A stretch of 64,000 bases of DNA from Tubiluchus corallicola. Taxonomy: Eukaryota; Animalia; Priapulida. The stretch spans positions 434,001 through 498,000 of the forward strand of contig JAQGDQ010000090.1 of assembly GCA_030141605.1 (NCBI GenBank), written 5' to 3'. Below, piece by piece: positions 1 to 13,632 of the stretch. How positions within the stretch are numbered: the stretch's first letter is position 1; every line of letters starts with the position of its first letter. The notes under the pieces were generated by a model. That model was not told the origin of the DNA and ran no database searches. It was given only the letters and a program-made list of their open reading frames with translations. The translations under genes were made by a program, and so were the position numbers.

Positions 1-51
1 TCAATAATTTTGATAGAGGCGTTGCTAATGATGAAGCGGGTTTCTTTAGAA

Positions 52-300
52 TTAGATTACTAATACAATCGTTCCCTGAAGTCTTGGAAACATCAACCGA
101 ACCGCAGAAGGTGATGCAGTCAAATTTGACAAACGAGCATCAGGTTTATAGAAAAATTGTGGCAATTCGTTTACCGGATTTAGCGTTGATTGCTCACAGA
201 AGAAATTGTTTAATATAGTTGCTTTATCTTTATCGAGAGTAGTGAGCTTATTTCCATTGTTTGAGTGGTGGAATTCCAGCATAATTCCTTTTTAATTCTT
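52..300 (-). mobile_element. Degenerate non-LTR retrotransposon (LINE) ORF2 fragment
   Basis: Translation LTTLDKDKATILNNFFCEQSTL resembles the 'KA.ILN.FF' segment between the endonuclease and RT domains of CR1/L2-like ORF2. The frame is broken. Confidence 0.55.
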
Positions 301-1216
301 TAAACAGACTTTGTAAGTTTCCACTAGGTTTTACTGGTAGTACTGAGATCAGACAAACAATTTGTTTTTTTATAGTGTACATACGTTTGCATACGATAGC
401 TGCCCTGTAAACTACAATATCAATCATCCCGTATCAAGGAAAAACATTCAAAACATTTTACACATTCCCAGCGTAGACAATGATAATATCATACAAAACC
501 GTAAATGAAGGTAGGGTTCGGTGCATGTCGAAATTAAAACTGTTGAAGAGCAAGAAGGGGATATTTTTATACCAGCCACAGCCATAATTATATTGCTTGA
601 GAAAATTATCATGTATTTTTACCTAACAAAAATAGCCCAAGGTTAATATTTCATGAAGCCATTTCAGTGATGTATAGATTAGAAATATAGCACAACATAC
701 ATGGCAGCCAATTTGGTAGATTCAAGAACGCGAAGAATTAGACATTGACGACACATACATACGTAGTTTCTTACTTGGTTAGGTCTAAACTGTACTTTAT
801 TAAATACAATGTGATAGAAATTTCGTTCATTCAAACTCTCGGGGCTTTTGTATTATGCTGCTAACGGAGATTTCCCTCATCGCTTGCTGAAATGCTGTCG
901 TGCCTGCTGTCGTCTAGTGTTACCAAGGTTAACTGCTGAGTTACTGTGTTTACTTAATTTCCTCGATTTAAGTCACATTTGTTATAATTATGTAAACTAA
1001 TGTCTTTACATATAACGAACATTCGACATATCGACTGGCATATTGGCTGCCTCTCCACAATATATATATGTGCAGTGATATCCGATGGTATGACAATGTA
1101 CGCTTTTTAAAATTATAATATATTTTCTTAAAAAGGCAGCCTGCTTTTTCATGATATACGAATGTTGTATACCTTGAAATATGTTCTATACAGTTCAAAA
1201 TTGATGCGCTCTTATA

Positions 1217-1434
1217 ATGCGCATTGTCATGAAGTTAATATTTAGACTGTGCATATTAGTATTTGTAATTGTTGCCCTAATGGGTGTTCTGACTTATCGA
1301 AGTCTTTTAATCTTGTCACAACAAATGCCTGTGTATGACAACTCTGCATTGACTACCACGCTGCAAGTCGCAAATAAGACTAATCTGAACTTACAAATTG
1401 GCACGTCGAAACAACTTCGAATAAACAGCCGCAG
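1217..1434 (+). CDS. GXYLT: GXYLT-like glucoside xylosyltransferase, exon 1 (type II membrane anchor)
   Basis: ATG at 1217; MRIVMKLIFRLCILVFVIVALMGVLTY is a basic N-terminus plus hydrophobic anchor; donor CAG|GTAAGC at 1435, phase 2. Confidence 0.75.
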
Positions 1435-1738
1435 GTAAGCAATCGAAACAAAACTGAACAGCAAATTGTTTGTTAAATCGCTTTTTAAAGTAAATAAAGC
1501 ATGTAAATTCTTGAACATTAACAGTACTGCCAATACAGTAACAATGTAGGCACTTTACTGAAAATAATCTGAATAAAATTAAGAGTTTATTGAGTAAGTA
1601 ATGGATGTTTTAGTGACAATGACAAAATTGTCTTTCACAAACTCTTGTAAATATTAATGTTCATTGCCATTGTGATTTGCAAGAAGCAGTTAAACCATCA
1701 CTTTATTCACAAAGGTCAGAGAATGTTTGTTTTTGCAG

Positions 1739-1913
1739 CAATGACATATCTGCTGCATCTTCCTACAAGATACAACTGGCTGTGGTAGTTTGTAGTAAGG
1801 GAAGAATTAACGAATCTCTGACAATGATTAAGTCAGCATTGTTATTTACCCGACAGCCATTGTTTCTGCATCTCGTTACTGATCCTGTATTATATGGCTA
1901 TTTCACGCAGGTG
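1739..1913 (+). CDS. GXYLT: GXYLT-like exon 2
   Basis: Acceptor TTTTTGCAG (alternative in-phase AG gives start 1715); IQLAVVVCSKGRINESLTMIKSALLF matches the GXYLT 'LAVVACG.R.EE..TMLKSA' motif; donor GTG|GTAAGT. Confidence 0.85.
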
Positions 1914-2522
1914 GTAAGTTTATTGTTATGTAGTGAATTTAATTTCTAGCAGATGCTATTCATTTATTGTTTTTGTTTTTGTGGAAATAATACATTTTTG
2001 CTCACAAAATCTCATTAGGTATACGTAAACTTTGTATGGCTATAACATTAATGTATACGTCACATTATTAGCAAATTAGTACTAGGAAATTGGGGATTCT
2101 GTTTTTCTTGACATACACGAGAAGAGGTTTTTGGCTACCAAACGATTTCACATGTGACAGACTCAGGGCAATGGAGCAAATAATATTGTTTTTTCAGATG
2201 TAGTTAACGAAATTTTTGCTGTGCAAAATTTTGTTTTCATAATATAACCACTTTAACTCTTAAATTGCTGTATTTAAATGTATGGTGTATTTAAAAAAAA
2301 GATAAGATGCCATATAGATGCTAAAACTGTGTCAGTGGAACTAACTGCATGAGTTCTAGAAATATTTTTCTGCATGCTTCTCGTGTTTCAACAGTTTCTC
2401 AAGAGTAGTTTCCTTTCTCACTAGACAATTTCGAGTGGCTTTGATTGACAGAGTTTATTTTGACGTTCCAAGTTTTAATAATGACTGAGAAAACATCCAG
2501 AACTTTAATTCTTTTATTAAAG

Positions 2523-2654
2523 CTTTCTAGGTGGAAAGAGCAGGCACGTCTATATTTTGATTTCCATATCTATGACGTAAAATTTCCGAGCTCTGTTGGA
2601 CAACAGTGGCGGAATCTTTTCGAAGCGTGTGCTGCTCAACGTTTATTTTTTCCA
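2523..2654 (+). CDS. GXYLT: GXYLT-like exon 3
   Basis: LSRW...FP...WRNLFEACAAQRLFFP matches GXYLT 'W.KLFKPCASQRLFLP'; donor CCA|GTGAGT, phase 0. Confidence 0.9.
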
Positions 2655-3750
2655 GTGAGTAAAAAGCTCGTGATTTTTCTACATGCTACTGCATTTTTAA
2701 GGAATGTTCTTGCTTGAGGAATAAGATGGTTTGTGCTGTTGAGGTTGTCATGACGATGCTATGCCTTTTAAATATGCATGGCTAATTTAAAGAGTCGCGA
2801 GGTGCACAAAACTACTCTGCATATTTTACTTAATTCTAGATATAGCTAAGAATTTTAAGAGGCAATCTTTCTGTATAGGTCCGCAGATAACACAACTGCA
2901 GCAAATAGCTCAACTTTGAGCCATAAGTTACCAAAATGTCACGTAATTAAAATAAAACAATAAAAGAAAAATGCGACATAATGTGCGTGTAGACGTACTG
3001 AGACCCGGAAGTAAATTATCATTATTAATTACTAACTTCATTTTATTTCGAATATACTTTACATAAATAATTCATTAAAAACAGTGTTGACATTCATGAT
3101 TATTTACACGATTAGTAATAAAACAACATAACGATAGTAAAAAGCATTAATGGGCTTAGTGTTTCTGATAAAATCTATAAGCAGGATAATTTCTTGCAAA
3201 CTAACATGTAACAATGTAATCTAGAATTTATTGCAACTGTGCTGTATCTAAAAATGCCGTAATTATATGCCATAAAAACACCTTCATTTTGTCTATACAG
3301 TAGTTTTCTCCTTTTTTCCAACATCTCAACACAGAATGTGGCATTAATTTTATGTATCTCCAAATTCCCATTAAATAAACAAACTTATCTAAGTTATTCC
3401 TGTTATTAAAGTTGGCTTCGTATTGAATCTAACAAATTAGTACTTTCACTGTCAAAAACATTATAATTTAACAACAAGTGCATCTCATTCTCTCATTAAG
3501 CAGGAAACATTCATAACGCCCCGTTTCAATTCTAAATGGGGCAGTGCCACACCTAAGTGACTCAAATGATCTACGTAATTTTAAATGTGTATATAGATCT
3601 GCTCGTAGGTAAATGTGTATAATCTGTATGGTTTATAAAGTACCGCAGTGCTTGCTGGTTAATACTAATCCTGTGTCTCTTTTCAGTAGTACTAATTTTG
3701 AACATTGTTAATTGTACACTTCTTTTGGGATGAAACTCGTGCATTTCTAG

Positions 3751-3943
3751 GACATGTTAAAAGAAATTGACTCGTTGCTGTACGTGGACACAGACGCTAT
3801 ATTTTTTCGGCCTTTGGATCATCTGTGGAGATATTTTAAGAGGATGAATTTTATTCAAATGGCTGCCTTGTCACTGGATGTTGAGGACATTTCAATTGGT
3901 TGGTACAATCGCTTTGCCAGTCATCCATTTTACGGCAATGTGG
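3751..3943 (+). CDS. GXYLT: GXYLT-like exon 4 (DxD motif)
   Basis: TTTCTAG acceptor; DMLKEIDSLLYVDTDAIF...GWYNRFASHPFYG carries the GT8 DxD and the GXYLT WYNRFA.HP motif; donor G|GTGAGA. Confidence 0.92.
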
Positions 3944-5005
3944 GTGAGAAATTTTAGTTTAAACAATTTATTTGCTATTATTTAACAATCACAATGGCAT
4001 AACCAATCGTATTTTAAAACTGTTAGTTCTAAAAAAGTGAGTGATGACTATATCGTGATTACATGTAGCATGATTTCTAGCATTTATCAAGTTATGGTGC
4101 AGTTTTTGAGGTATACTCTTCTCGTGAAGCTGGAGATGTACATTTGGTTGTGCATTTGAAGCTGAAGTGTCGTAGACTGGAGAAATAAATTGCTGGAATC
4201 ACTGTTATAGATGTACATTTCTATTCTGTATCGTATTCTACTCATAATCTAAATATACGCAGAAATAATAAACATCGTTGAGTAAACAGTCAAATGTAAA
4301 TCTATCAATGTTTGAATGACCAACTGCGTAAGCTCATGAGATCATTGTTTCTACTGTAATCTTGCTATCTAGTGTGAAAATTCGGTACGACCGAGGAAGC
4401 CAAGTGGCCTAATTCCATACAAAACATTGCGGCATCAAAATATTAAGTGATAACTACACAATTTATTAATAGGTATCAGCACGAATTTAGCGTTAATAAA
4501 AAGTTAAGTTTAAAAATACAAATCAAAAGTAATAACTAGCAATCACTTAATTAGCTGAAAAGTAAATATTAATTTGTGCTCGCATCTCCAACAACTCTTG
4601 AACTAAAATCCAGCATTCAGTAACGAGGGCTGCTCGACACGATGCTTATGGCAAGATCGGACTCGGGTAATCATCAAGGGAGTCCTCTGAAGTCGTCAAG
4701 AGCCATGGAACCAGGAGAAGGGTTATAGCCACTTTCAGATGTGATACATATTCCCTCTTGTTGCAAAATTATTAATTAATATTGAAATGAACGTTATGTA
4801 TATTTAGTCGTCTACAACTCAGAATTAATTAGAACAAATTATAAATCTAACTATATCGTTGTTACAGGCAATTTATAAACTTTAGACATTAGACATTTTA
4901 TATAGTAGTGGGCGCAGCACCACTATCTCTGACATGCTGCTCATTCAGGTGAATCACTTTCCATAGCTAGGAATTAAGAATGCAGCCGGATTCAGTTAAG
5001 TTATT

Positions 5006-5190
<185 letters not shown>

Positions 5191-5676
5191 TCATTCACCA
5201 CAAAAGAGGAATGACAGAAGCACACGAGAAAAAATTAACCAACAAATCACACAATTTGCAAGTGTGTTGAAACGAAACCATGACAGTTCATTTACATACA
5301 TTCCCTAAAATAAAATTGGCGTTATATAAAATGCCTAGGAAAAGTGTAGAAGGAGCTATTTTAGACACGTTACTTGGCTTGTTTTGGCACTCTATAAAAT
5401 TATAAGCATTCTAGAGAATACCTGATTTCACACATTGCCTGTAACATCGTAATTACTCTGTAATGCACAAATGTTGCAATAATGGGCGAGGTTTTGAATT
5501 TGAATTAGGATCTGTGACCAATAGTTGTGATATGTAATTGTGCAAGACATTGCGCTTGTAACATAGCTTTCTGGTTCGAACTCCAAGCTTAGTTCTAATT
5601 TTTTCACATTTTTCTTTGTCCTAAATTGGATTAAAAATTTCTATAAAATAATAATTGTGGGTTTGTTTATTCATTA

Positions 5677-6110
5677 CGCCGCGTTCAGACTAGCGAGTTG
5701 GAAAGTTTACACTTGGCGAGTTTACAATTCCCCGCACAATTTAAGTACGCTAACCATAATTCTAACCCTAACTCTAACCCTAGTCCGTTACATGAACTAA
5801 TTATTTTCTAATTGCGCATTCAGACTAGCGAGTTCTCCCACGAGTTTTCTTTCTGATAGCAATCTCGCAAGTGTGAACTGTTTAGCAAGTTACTGTTGGT
5901 AATTAAACACTCTTGATAGTTACTTGGCGAGTTAACTTGGCAAGAAACTCGCAGTTTAAATTAATTCACCAAGTAACTCGCAATAGTGCTCAGTTAGTCT
6001 CAAAGAGTTTGAATTTTTTGCCGACATTAACTCGCAAAGCAGTTCACACTTGTTAGTTTGCTGTCAGAGAGAAAACTTGTGACAGAAAACTCGCTAGTCT
6101 GAATGCGCCG
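5677..6110. mobile_element. MITE, PIF/Harbinger-like, in GXYLT intron 4
   Basis: Left end CGCCGCGTTCAGACTAGCGAGTT versus reverse complement of right end CGGCGCATTCAGACTAGCGAGTT (21/23); TTA on both flanks (5674-5676, 6111-6113). Confidence 0.75.
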
Positions 6111-6167
6111 TTAGAAAATAATGTTCTATCAAATTTTTGCTTGCTTGGCATTTGTTATGCTCTTTAG

Positions 6168-6317
6168 GTGTGAACTCTGGGATAATGTTGATGAATCTAA
6201 CAAAAATGCGTTCTTTCAACTGGGTGGAAAAAGTCACAACTCATTTTGCGAAGTACAAAGAGAATCTCACATTGGGTGACCAGGATATCATCAATATCAT
6301 ATTCCATTTCAATCCAG
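6168..6317 (+). CDS. GXYLT: GXYLT-like exon 5
   Basis: TCTTTAG acceptor; GVNSGIMLMNLTKMR...GDQDIINIIFHFNP are GT8 NSGV and DQD motifs; donor G|GTATGA. Confidence 0.92.
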
Positions 6318-6777
6318 GTATGAACCAAGCTTGTATGTTCTATAGTGCTGTAAGTATTCACATTATCTGTCACAATAAATGCTTATTTTGGTCAGCTCTG
6401 CAAAATTAACAATTTCTCTTTTTCTTTTATTCGTATTATTCTCACTCCGTCCTTTGCTTCCATGTTGTCTTTTACGTTCACACATCAGGTTTCGTATTAA
6501 ACTCAGTCTGTAAAAACTTACTGGTCAAAATGTCAAAGTAATGCACAAATCTGTTATATCAAACCTCTTTACTTGCAAATCTCGATTTGAAACAACGACG
6601 ACGACGACAACAATGACGAACCCGACGCCGCCGACAACAACAACAAGTAATGGCTTTCTTAAGCAAGCTCGTTTATGCTAAAGCATTTACAGTTTGTAAA
6701 GATTATTGAAAAGTTACAAGATTCTCATGTAAAGGCTGACAATTACAGCACTAAAAAGTTCTGTCTTATTGTTCCAG

Positions 6778-6950
6778 ACAGACTGTATATATTTCCTTGT
6801 GAATGGAATTTTCGAATTCACCATTGCATGTACCAGATGATCTGTGATTCTGCTGCTCAAAATGGTGTATCCGTCTTACACGGCAGCCGTCAAGCTTTCC
6901 ACAAGGATAAATATCCTGCTTTCAAGGCAATTTACGAGGTTTTTTCAAAG
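6778..6950 (+). CDS. GXYLT: GXYLT-like exon 6 (followed by a GC donor)
   Basis: GTTCCAG acceptor; DRLYIFPCEWNFRIHHCMY...LHGSRQAFHKDKYPAFKAIYEVFSK; ends at AAG|GCAAGT. Confidence 0.88.
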
Positions 6951-7862
6951 GCAAGTGTTCAGAAATATGTCTGTGTTCTATTTACCTGTATGCGCCCACG
7001 CAAACAGGTCTTTATGCAGATAGCTGGGTGCTCTACGACTAGAGTATCTTTAGGCCTCCGTGACTAGGCTCAATAGTCCCTTATTCTTAGGTGGCTGTTA
7101 TCTAACTATATATTATAAGAGCAAATGTTTCCCCTTTTTAGAATTACAATTATTTAGTTATTTTGGAATCTAGTCCAAAAAATACAAGTATATAAATTTA
7201 AGGATAATAAAACATTACTGCAATTAACTTTAAATTTATTCATAGTCTAATACATGGGTATGATTATGCATTTACAAATGAAATTGTTCACTATTTGCTA
7301 TTCATACTAATGTCGGAATTTAAACACATTGTATTCGAATGTTACCAGATTGATTTAATCAATTTTTAAAAGAATAAGCCGCTTTTCGTACAATTACGTA
7401 AAACTACTGAAGTTAGAAATTGACACATTTTTGAGGTGGTATTGTGTTGTTAGCCTGCACTATACTATATCCGGGATGATTCTCGTTTAGAATAATCCAC
7501 GTATGAGATATAATCGTATAATTCTTTTGTACATCATGTAGCATATCTTAAAATTGTATCAATTTCTCTAGTTATGTAATCGTTATCGTTTACTAATCTA
7601 TTAATGCGTAGTAGGCCTGTAGGCTTGTAAACGCTTGTAAACGCTGTAAGGCTTAATATGATGTATTATTAAACAGACTAATAGGTTCATCCTCAGTTTT
7701 GTGCATTGGAAATACCATTAGATGTGATCATTAATAATTATGCGCATATTTTTATCTGATGTTATTGTTTTCTTTTTCTATCGGGTATAAAAGAAATGTG
7801 AGTAAAAGCCTTCTCTAACTCATGTCTGTTCAAAACCTAACGTCATGAGTTTTTGATTTCAG

Positions 7863-8027
7863 TTTGATTTCGAGTATGATTTGGAAGAAGATTTGCTCTT
7901 TCCAATAGCAGACGCGCTGGAAATCGTGCCATCAAACTGTGGAAAACCTATTGCTGCAATGCTCATTAAACGTCTAAATGAAAGTGTTGCTGCCAGAAAG
8001 ACCCATACTTCTTTTCAGTTTATATAG
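7863..8027 (+). CDS. GXYLT: GXYLT-like terminal exon 7
   Basis: TTTCAG acceptor; FDFEYDLEEDLLFPIADALEIVPSNCGKPIAAMLIKRL...FQFI* (55 codons), similar to the GXYLT C-terminal 'LL..L...L....T.CG' segment; phase 0 matches exon 6. Confidence 0.8.
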   Translation, partial: FDFEYDLEEDLLFPIADALEIVPSNCGKPIAAMLIKRLNESVAARKTHTSFQFI

Positions 8028-10010
8028 GTGTATATGGGTAATACAGGCATCGTTTCTATCACTCATACACCATCTACTTGCCCCAGCTTGTGAACTATGT
8101 ATAGCGTGTACTTGATTCTTGAATCATTTGTTATTCAGTATATCTTGCAATCGGGAGTAGTTTGGTACGTTTTTTCCAAAAAATGGTAGAACAGATTCTG
8201 TGATATCAATATACGAAATGAATTCTGTACTTCATATCTGTAGTTTTTGCATTCAAATATGTTTCAAAGTATCTGCATTTCACCAACAAGTCACTGCAAT
8301 GGTATAACACACTTGTTAAGTATATATGAGTGAGCCTCAGTTTTCAGGGCTGTTTCAAAACGCTGTGTAAAAAACATAATAAATTTTTGTTGTCAGGCTC
8401 GTAACTTAACTATTTCATTTCCAAGTTAAAAGTAAAAAGCTTGAACAATTATTTTGAATTTACTGTTGCTTCTGCTTTCCATTACTAATTATAATAATTA
8501 ATGGCAAGGCGAATAACCACTTTTGTAGAAGCAATAGCACTTAAGCAATGCCATGTCTGGTTAGTGAATGCATAAGTAGCTAACCACTTGGTTCAACTCG
8601 GAATAGTTTCATCTTTGGGAGAAGATGTATGCACATCCAAATAAGCCTGATAATAAGGTAGTCTAAACCTGCCGTAATGATGTACATTAGGTAGACACTG
8701 CCATTGATGGCTAGAACCCAGCTTGAAGGCGAATTCCTTTCTACTGCCAACTTTAGTGTAATTGTACATAATACGTTTTTAGCACTTGGATTTAATTTAT
8801 ACATTAATTAATTAATTAAATTTATTAGATACTAATAAATTAATAAATGATGTGTTTATTTATTTCTATGTTTGTTCAATTTGTAGTTTTGTTGAATTCT
8901 GATATTATTTTTTAATAAAAACATGCTTAATACTGACTGGTATGGTTTTATATTTAAGTTTGCATTAAATGATATTTTATGTTTTACTAGAAATATTTCA
9001 TTCTAATTGTTTTTTTGCTTACACTACATATTAAGGGTTATTGCAACTGTTTCTCTTTTTTCTTTGCTACTCAATGATAAGTTTGTGTGCTGTAATGTAG
9101 AATCATATATATTTCTGTTTCTGTTTTTTAATTTGTTTTTGTTATTTTAATAAAATATGTGCTTAATATTTAGCGTTGTATTCATCTCTTGCAATAATTT
9201 TTTAATAATGTTTCTTATAATAATATGATTTTTTGTTCATGTGCTGCTTTTTTATGATTCTAAGATTTAGTAAATTAATACCGTGCTTTTTGTTTTATTT
9301 ATAGTCGACATAAAGAAAAAATTTTAGTATTTTTATTAAACTACAGTTTGTCTGTTTTGTCATTTAATTTGGTACCACTTTGGATTATGCTAATTGACAC
9401 TGCATGCTGAGTTTTTGTTCATCATTTTTTGGACTACTTTGTATAATTGTTCTATTTTCTTGCTCAAAAAAGTTAAACAGAAACGCTAAAATGTTTAATT
9501 CTGTCTGTTTGAACACTTCCTTGATACTCTGATTACTTCATTTATTAATAATTTTATTATTGTTGCGAGTATGACTTCCACTAATTGTTAATGGAGCTGT
9601 AAATTTGTTTCAGGACTGCAATGTAATTTCCTTTCAGCAAATTAAATACTGTTGGTACTAAATTATCAGTCCATCTAAAACAGTTGAAATGAACCATTGA
9701 AAAGGGCTGTCCAGTGTGTGATCCAGAGGTGATCCAAGCATTCAATTCAACAAAACAAGTTGCTATTTTACTTAAATTCTACCGTAGATATAATAAAATA
9801 AAATGAAATAAAAGAAAAAAACTTTGTTTACAGTCGTCAATGACCATAGAACTTTTTGGCGTAGAACAAGTGAAACTACTTTGCTGTATTTTTTTCGGCT
9901 GTGCCGTTAGTGAGTGCCTCTTTACCGACACGAAGCAGGCAAAATGTCTGTAAATATTGCAGAGTTCTTTTTACGTTATCGTTTTACATTTCATTTTTAC
10001 TAATGTTTTT

Positions 10011-10012
<2 letters not shown>

Positions 10013-10102
<90 letters not shown>

Positions 10103-10113
10103 TATTATTATTA
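10013..10113. repeat. (TAT)n microsatellite
   Basis: Directly visible; explains the poly-Y/poly-L ORFs. Confidence 0.97.
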
Positions 10114-10356
10114 TTTATTTTATTTCAGATATTTTCAGAATAAAAATAAGACGCAAGTACGATTCTAAAAATTATATCAGTACTATACAGCAAGTTATTA
10201 GTAACAGTATTCTGATTCAAAAACAGCCTACTTATGTATATTGTAAGTAGCGTACATTTGACTTGCACTACAGCGACTAGCAAGATTAAAGAGACCTCTA
10301 ATGGCACCATTGTAGCTAATACGCATTCTTTCAATATTCTTTCAAACGAGAAAAAA

Positions 10357-10617
10357 TACATGTCGATGGCTTCCTGTTGAAACCTGCTATCTCCATTTTT
10401 GGCCAAAATGAGATTTTGCATGCAAAATGAAATACGTAACACTTGGCATGTCCTGATAATACCTGGTACTGCCTTCTCTACATTTTAGGGGCTGAAATAC
10501 AACAATAGAATAACCAGCTAAATCCAATAATGCAGTATAATTTAGAAAAAAAATGCATTTTTGAAAAAAACGCAAAAATGGAGATAGCAGGTTTCAACAG
10601 GAAGCCATCGATATGTA
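10357..10617. mobile_element. MITE with 45-bp terminal inverted repeats, TA ends
   Basis: 10357-10401 and 10573-10617 are reverse complements at 44/45; both ends carry TA, as for Tc1/mariner-type target duplications; no coding capacity. Confidence 0.8.
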
Positions 10618-11845
10618 GAGCTACGCTGCTGCTTCAATTTCAGTTATCTTGACAAATACTTCCGTACAAAAGCTGGGTGAACATTCCACATTATAATAAT
10701 ATCCAGTTATACATTAATTTATACATTAATGAAATAAATAAATTCGGGATTCGGAGATTGGATGCCACATATCTTTCTCTAAAAACTTCTTCCATTCAAA
10801 ACTAAATATCATCGAATAGCGCTATTGTCTGGGCTGTAACCCATCTTTTAAAAATTAAAAGTTCGGAAACTGGATCTCCTGTCGCTTCCGTCTAGTAAAC
10901 GGGCGCCGTACACAGTTACAGTTGGGTTCATCACAGTGTAGATCATAGTTTACAACTATTACCTATTATGTGGTTTTCCAGTTCGCAGCTGGCTGTACGA
11001 TACACCTTGTGATTTACAACAGTGAAGGGCTGATCTTTGAAACGACAAGCCCTTGCTGAAGCAACATTAATTTTGCTTAACTGAAGAGAACCAAGGACCT
11101 ACTTCAACTCTCTCCAATAAACTTTATCTTACCAAAAGGTATTATTTCTTTCATTCAAAGCCTCACTAAAAGGTATTATGAGCAATCAGCTTCTACAAAA
11201 CATCTTGTGACGTCTTAGTTGCGTCGTGCAGCTTCTGCTAAACATCTCGTGGCATGTTAATAGAAGTTATTTGCTGCGTTGTTACCAAGTTACAGAATTG
11301 TGACATCTATCGACAAAAAATCCCAGTAAACATTTGTTTAAAATTATCAACAATAGGACAAGAATTTTGTTGTTTTGTCCAAATGAAATGTTAAAGATAA
11401 TTTTGGAAATGTTTGTCGGTGAGTAGCTGGATTTTCAAATGCGTGTAAAATTGAAAAACAGCAAAAACAAATGTACGCTGAGAGTTTACAAGTCCCCTTT
11501 TAATGACTTTTATTTCATGAAGATGACTGTCGGTGTGCACTAGGAAGGTTGACTTTCTTAATAAAAATGTAATAATAATTATTATAGTGGGTTGTTTATG
11601 AAACGGCTAGTGTTCTTGTTATAAAGAATTTAAAACTTTGTCGCTTTTCGGAAGCAGAAGCTCCGGGACCTCGTTACCCTCGAGCTAGGTAGCCAAGAAA
11701 ACGCTGGTCTTCTGGGGTTTGGATGTTGGGGTTCTGCCTGTTGAATTTCTCCTATGATCGCGATGGCCGGATTATGAGCAAGAATCTGTTTAAGATAGCT
11801 TGGACATAATAGGTGGGTAAAGATGGGTCCTAGTAATTAAGGGGG

Positions 11846-12199
11846 TACCTAAAACAAATTGCAATAGAATTTTTCTCTTCAGATTCTGGATCTCCACATG
11901 ACTTCTGGTACCCAAAAACAAAAAATCGGCCAAAATCGGGATTTTGGTACTTTTGAGCTATACCCATAAATCTAAGATGTAAAACATTTTTGGAATCCTC
12001 AGTGCACTTTCCTATCAATAGATAATACGTATTTTTCGTCTAGCCTTGATGGTTTAGGAGATATTACTGACATTTGGCCCCAATAGACGCCATCTTATAC
12101 TGATGCATATTATTTTCTCAAAATTACACATTCCGATACCTGAAGCCATGTTCTAACAGAATCTGAAGAGAAAAATTCAATTGCAATTTGTTCTAGGTA
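11846..12199. mobile_element. MITE-like element with 43-bp inverted repeats
   Basis: 11846-11888 and 12157-12199 are reverse complements at 41/43; TTAAGGGGG immediately to the left. Confidence 0.7.
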
Positions 12200-12289
12200 A
12201 TTTGTTATCTTTACCCGCATATTGTGTTATTAGTTATTTGTTATCTTTACCCCTATGAAGTCGGACCGCAGTGGTGGGCCGTCGGTGGT

Positions 12290-13270
12290 TCCACCTGGAG
12301 TGCTCAAAATATTACCGCAAGCGTGGCTAACCTTCTTAGTGGCAATATTTACGTTTTAATGTTTCGGTGTGCCATTATGCCCACCTGTTGGGCTTCTTTA
12401 TGGCTAATAGTGATAATCAAGAAAGGCCGTCGGCAGTCCTGCAACAATTATCGCGGTATATCAGTAATGGATGCCTTCGCCAAATTGTATGATGCCATGC
12501 TTTGTCAACGCCTCCAAAAGTGGTTTTGCCCTGACCGCGGTGCCCAGCAGGTGCCCAGCGCGAGCGGGGGTGTTTGTAACACATCCTCACCCTTCGGTTA
12601 CTCATGAATTACGCACTGTGCCAAAAGAAAAGGCTTTTTATAATCTACGTCGACTTTGGCAAAGCGTATGACAGAGTACCTCGTGTCGCTATTATTAATA
12701 CCTTGGCAGCTTTAGGATGTGGTTATGCCATGGTATGCCAAGGTATTATTTGTACCTTATATTCAGACACGCAGATAATTTTTGGAACGGCCACAATTAT
12801 AGCAACTATTGGTCTTCGTCAGGGAAACTTAACATCTTGCTTTCTTTTACCTTGTATCTAAATCCGTTTGTGAGGTGAATGAAACACGTGTGTGGAATAG
12901 ATGACTTTCTTGGTTAGGTCATCTATGTAGAGAAAATTTATGGTGGTGAACGGTTCTCTGGCGGACGGAGTGCAACTTGTAGTTAACAATGTGTGTGTGC
13001 TGAATTGCAATGATTACACTTATTTAGGGGCTGTCTTTACTCAAGATGGGTCGCCCGATGCTGCTGTTAGGGACATTTTAAATCCAAACAGCCACACTTG
13101 AAATTTGTCTCTTTTGTAGCTAAGAACATTGACTTTTCATTTTGGATAAAAGGGAAGTGCTAGAATCTGCATTGCTCTCGTCCATACTTTATGGGTGGGA
13201 AGCCTGGATATGTGGCAGTGTTCGTATTGGCGAGGTTCCGTACCGCACTACGATTAAAGCTATAAAAATA
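12290..13270 (+). mobile_element. Decayed LINE reverse transcriptase fragment
   Basis: KKG...CNNYRGISVMDAFAKLYD, IYVDFGKAYDRV, GLRQG and YTYLG, ILYG.EAW: RT domain motifs spread over several frames with stops. Confidence 0.9.
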
Positions 13271-13632
13271 GCAATGTCAGAAAACATACACAATCGTAGA
13301 AAATGTAAGATTATCTCACCGACAGAAGCCTTTATTGAATTAGTAAGTTTTCAGGTCATATAGATGCGGCGGTCATATAGATGATAGAGTAACTATGTCT
13401 AGTGATAGCGCTTCAACACGTGTTGTCGTGATGACAACTGCAATTTCTGCAAAGGCTGGACGAAAAATGATCATTGTTGATCCTATTGTTACCTAGTTTA
13501 ATTATGACATGACTGCATATCCATAGTAGCACTTCAAAATAGTCTGATTTTATGGTTAAATTGCAACTGAATAGCGTTGTTGATAAATGAATCTAGCCCC
13601 ACTGATAACTTGATGATTTTGGGTCAACGAAA

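Noticed and set aside
5530-5595. tRNA gene (GGTTCGAACTCC B-box-like)
   Set aside because: No convincing acceptor stem or cloverleaf; at most a decayed SINE head.
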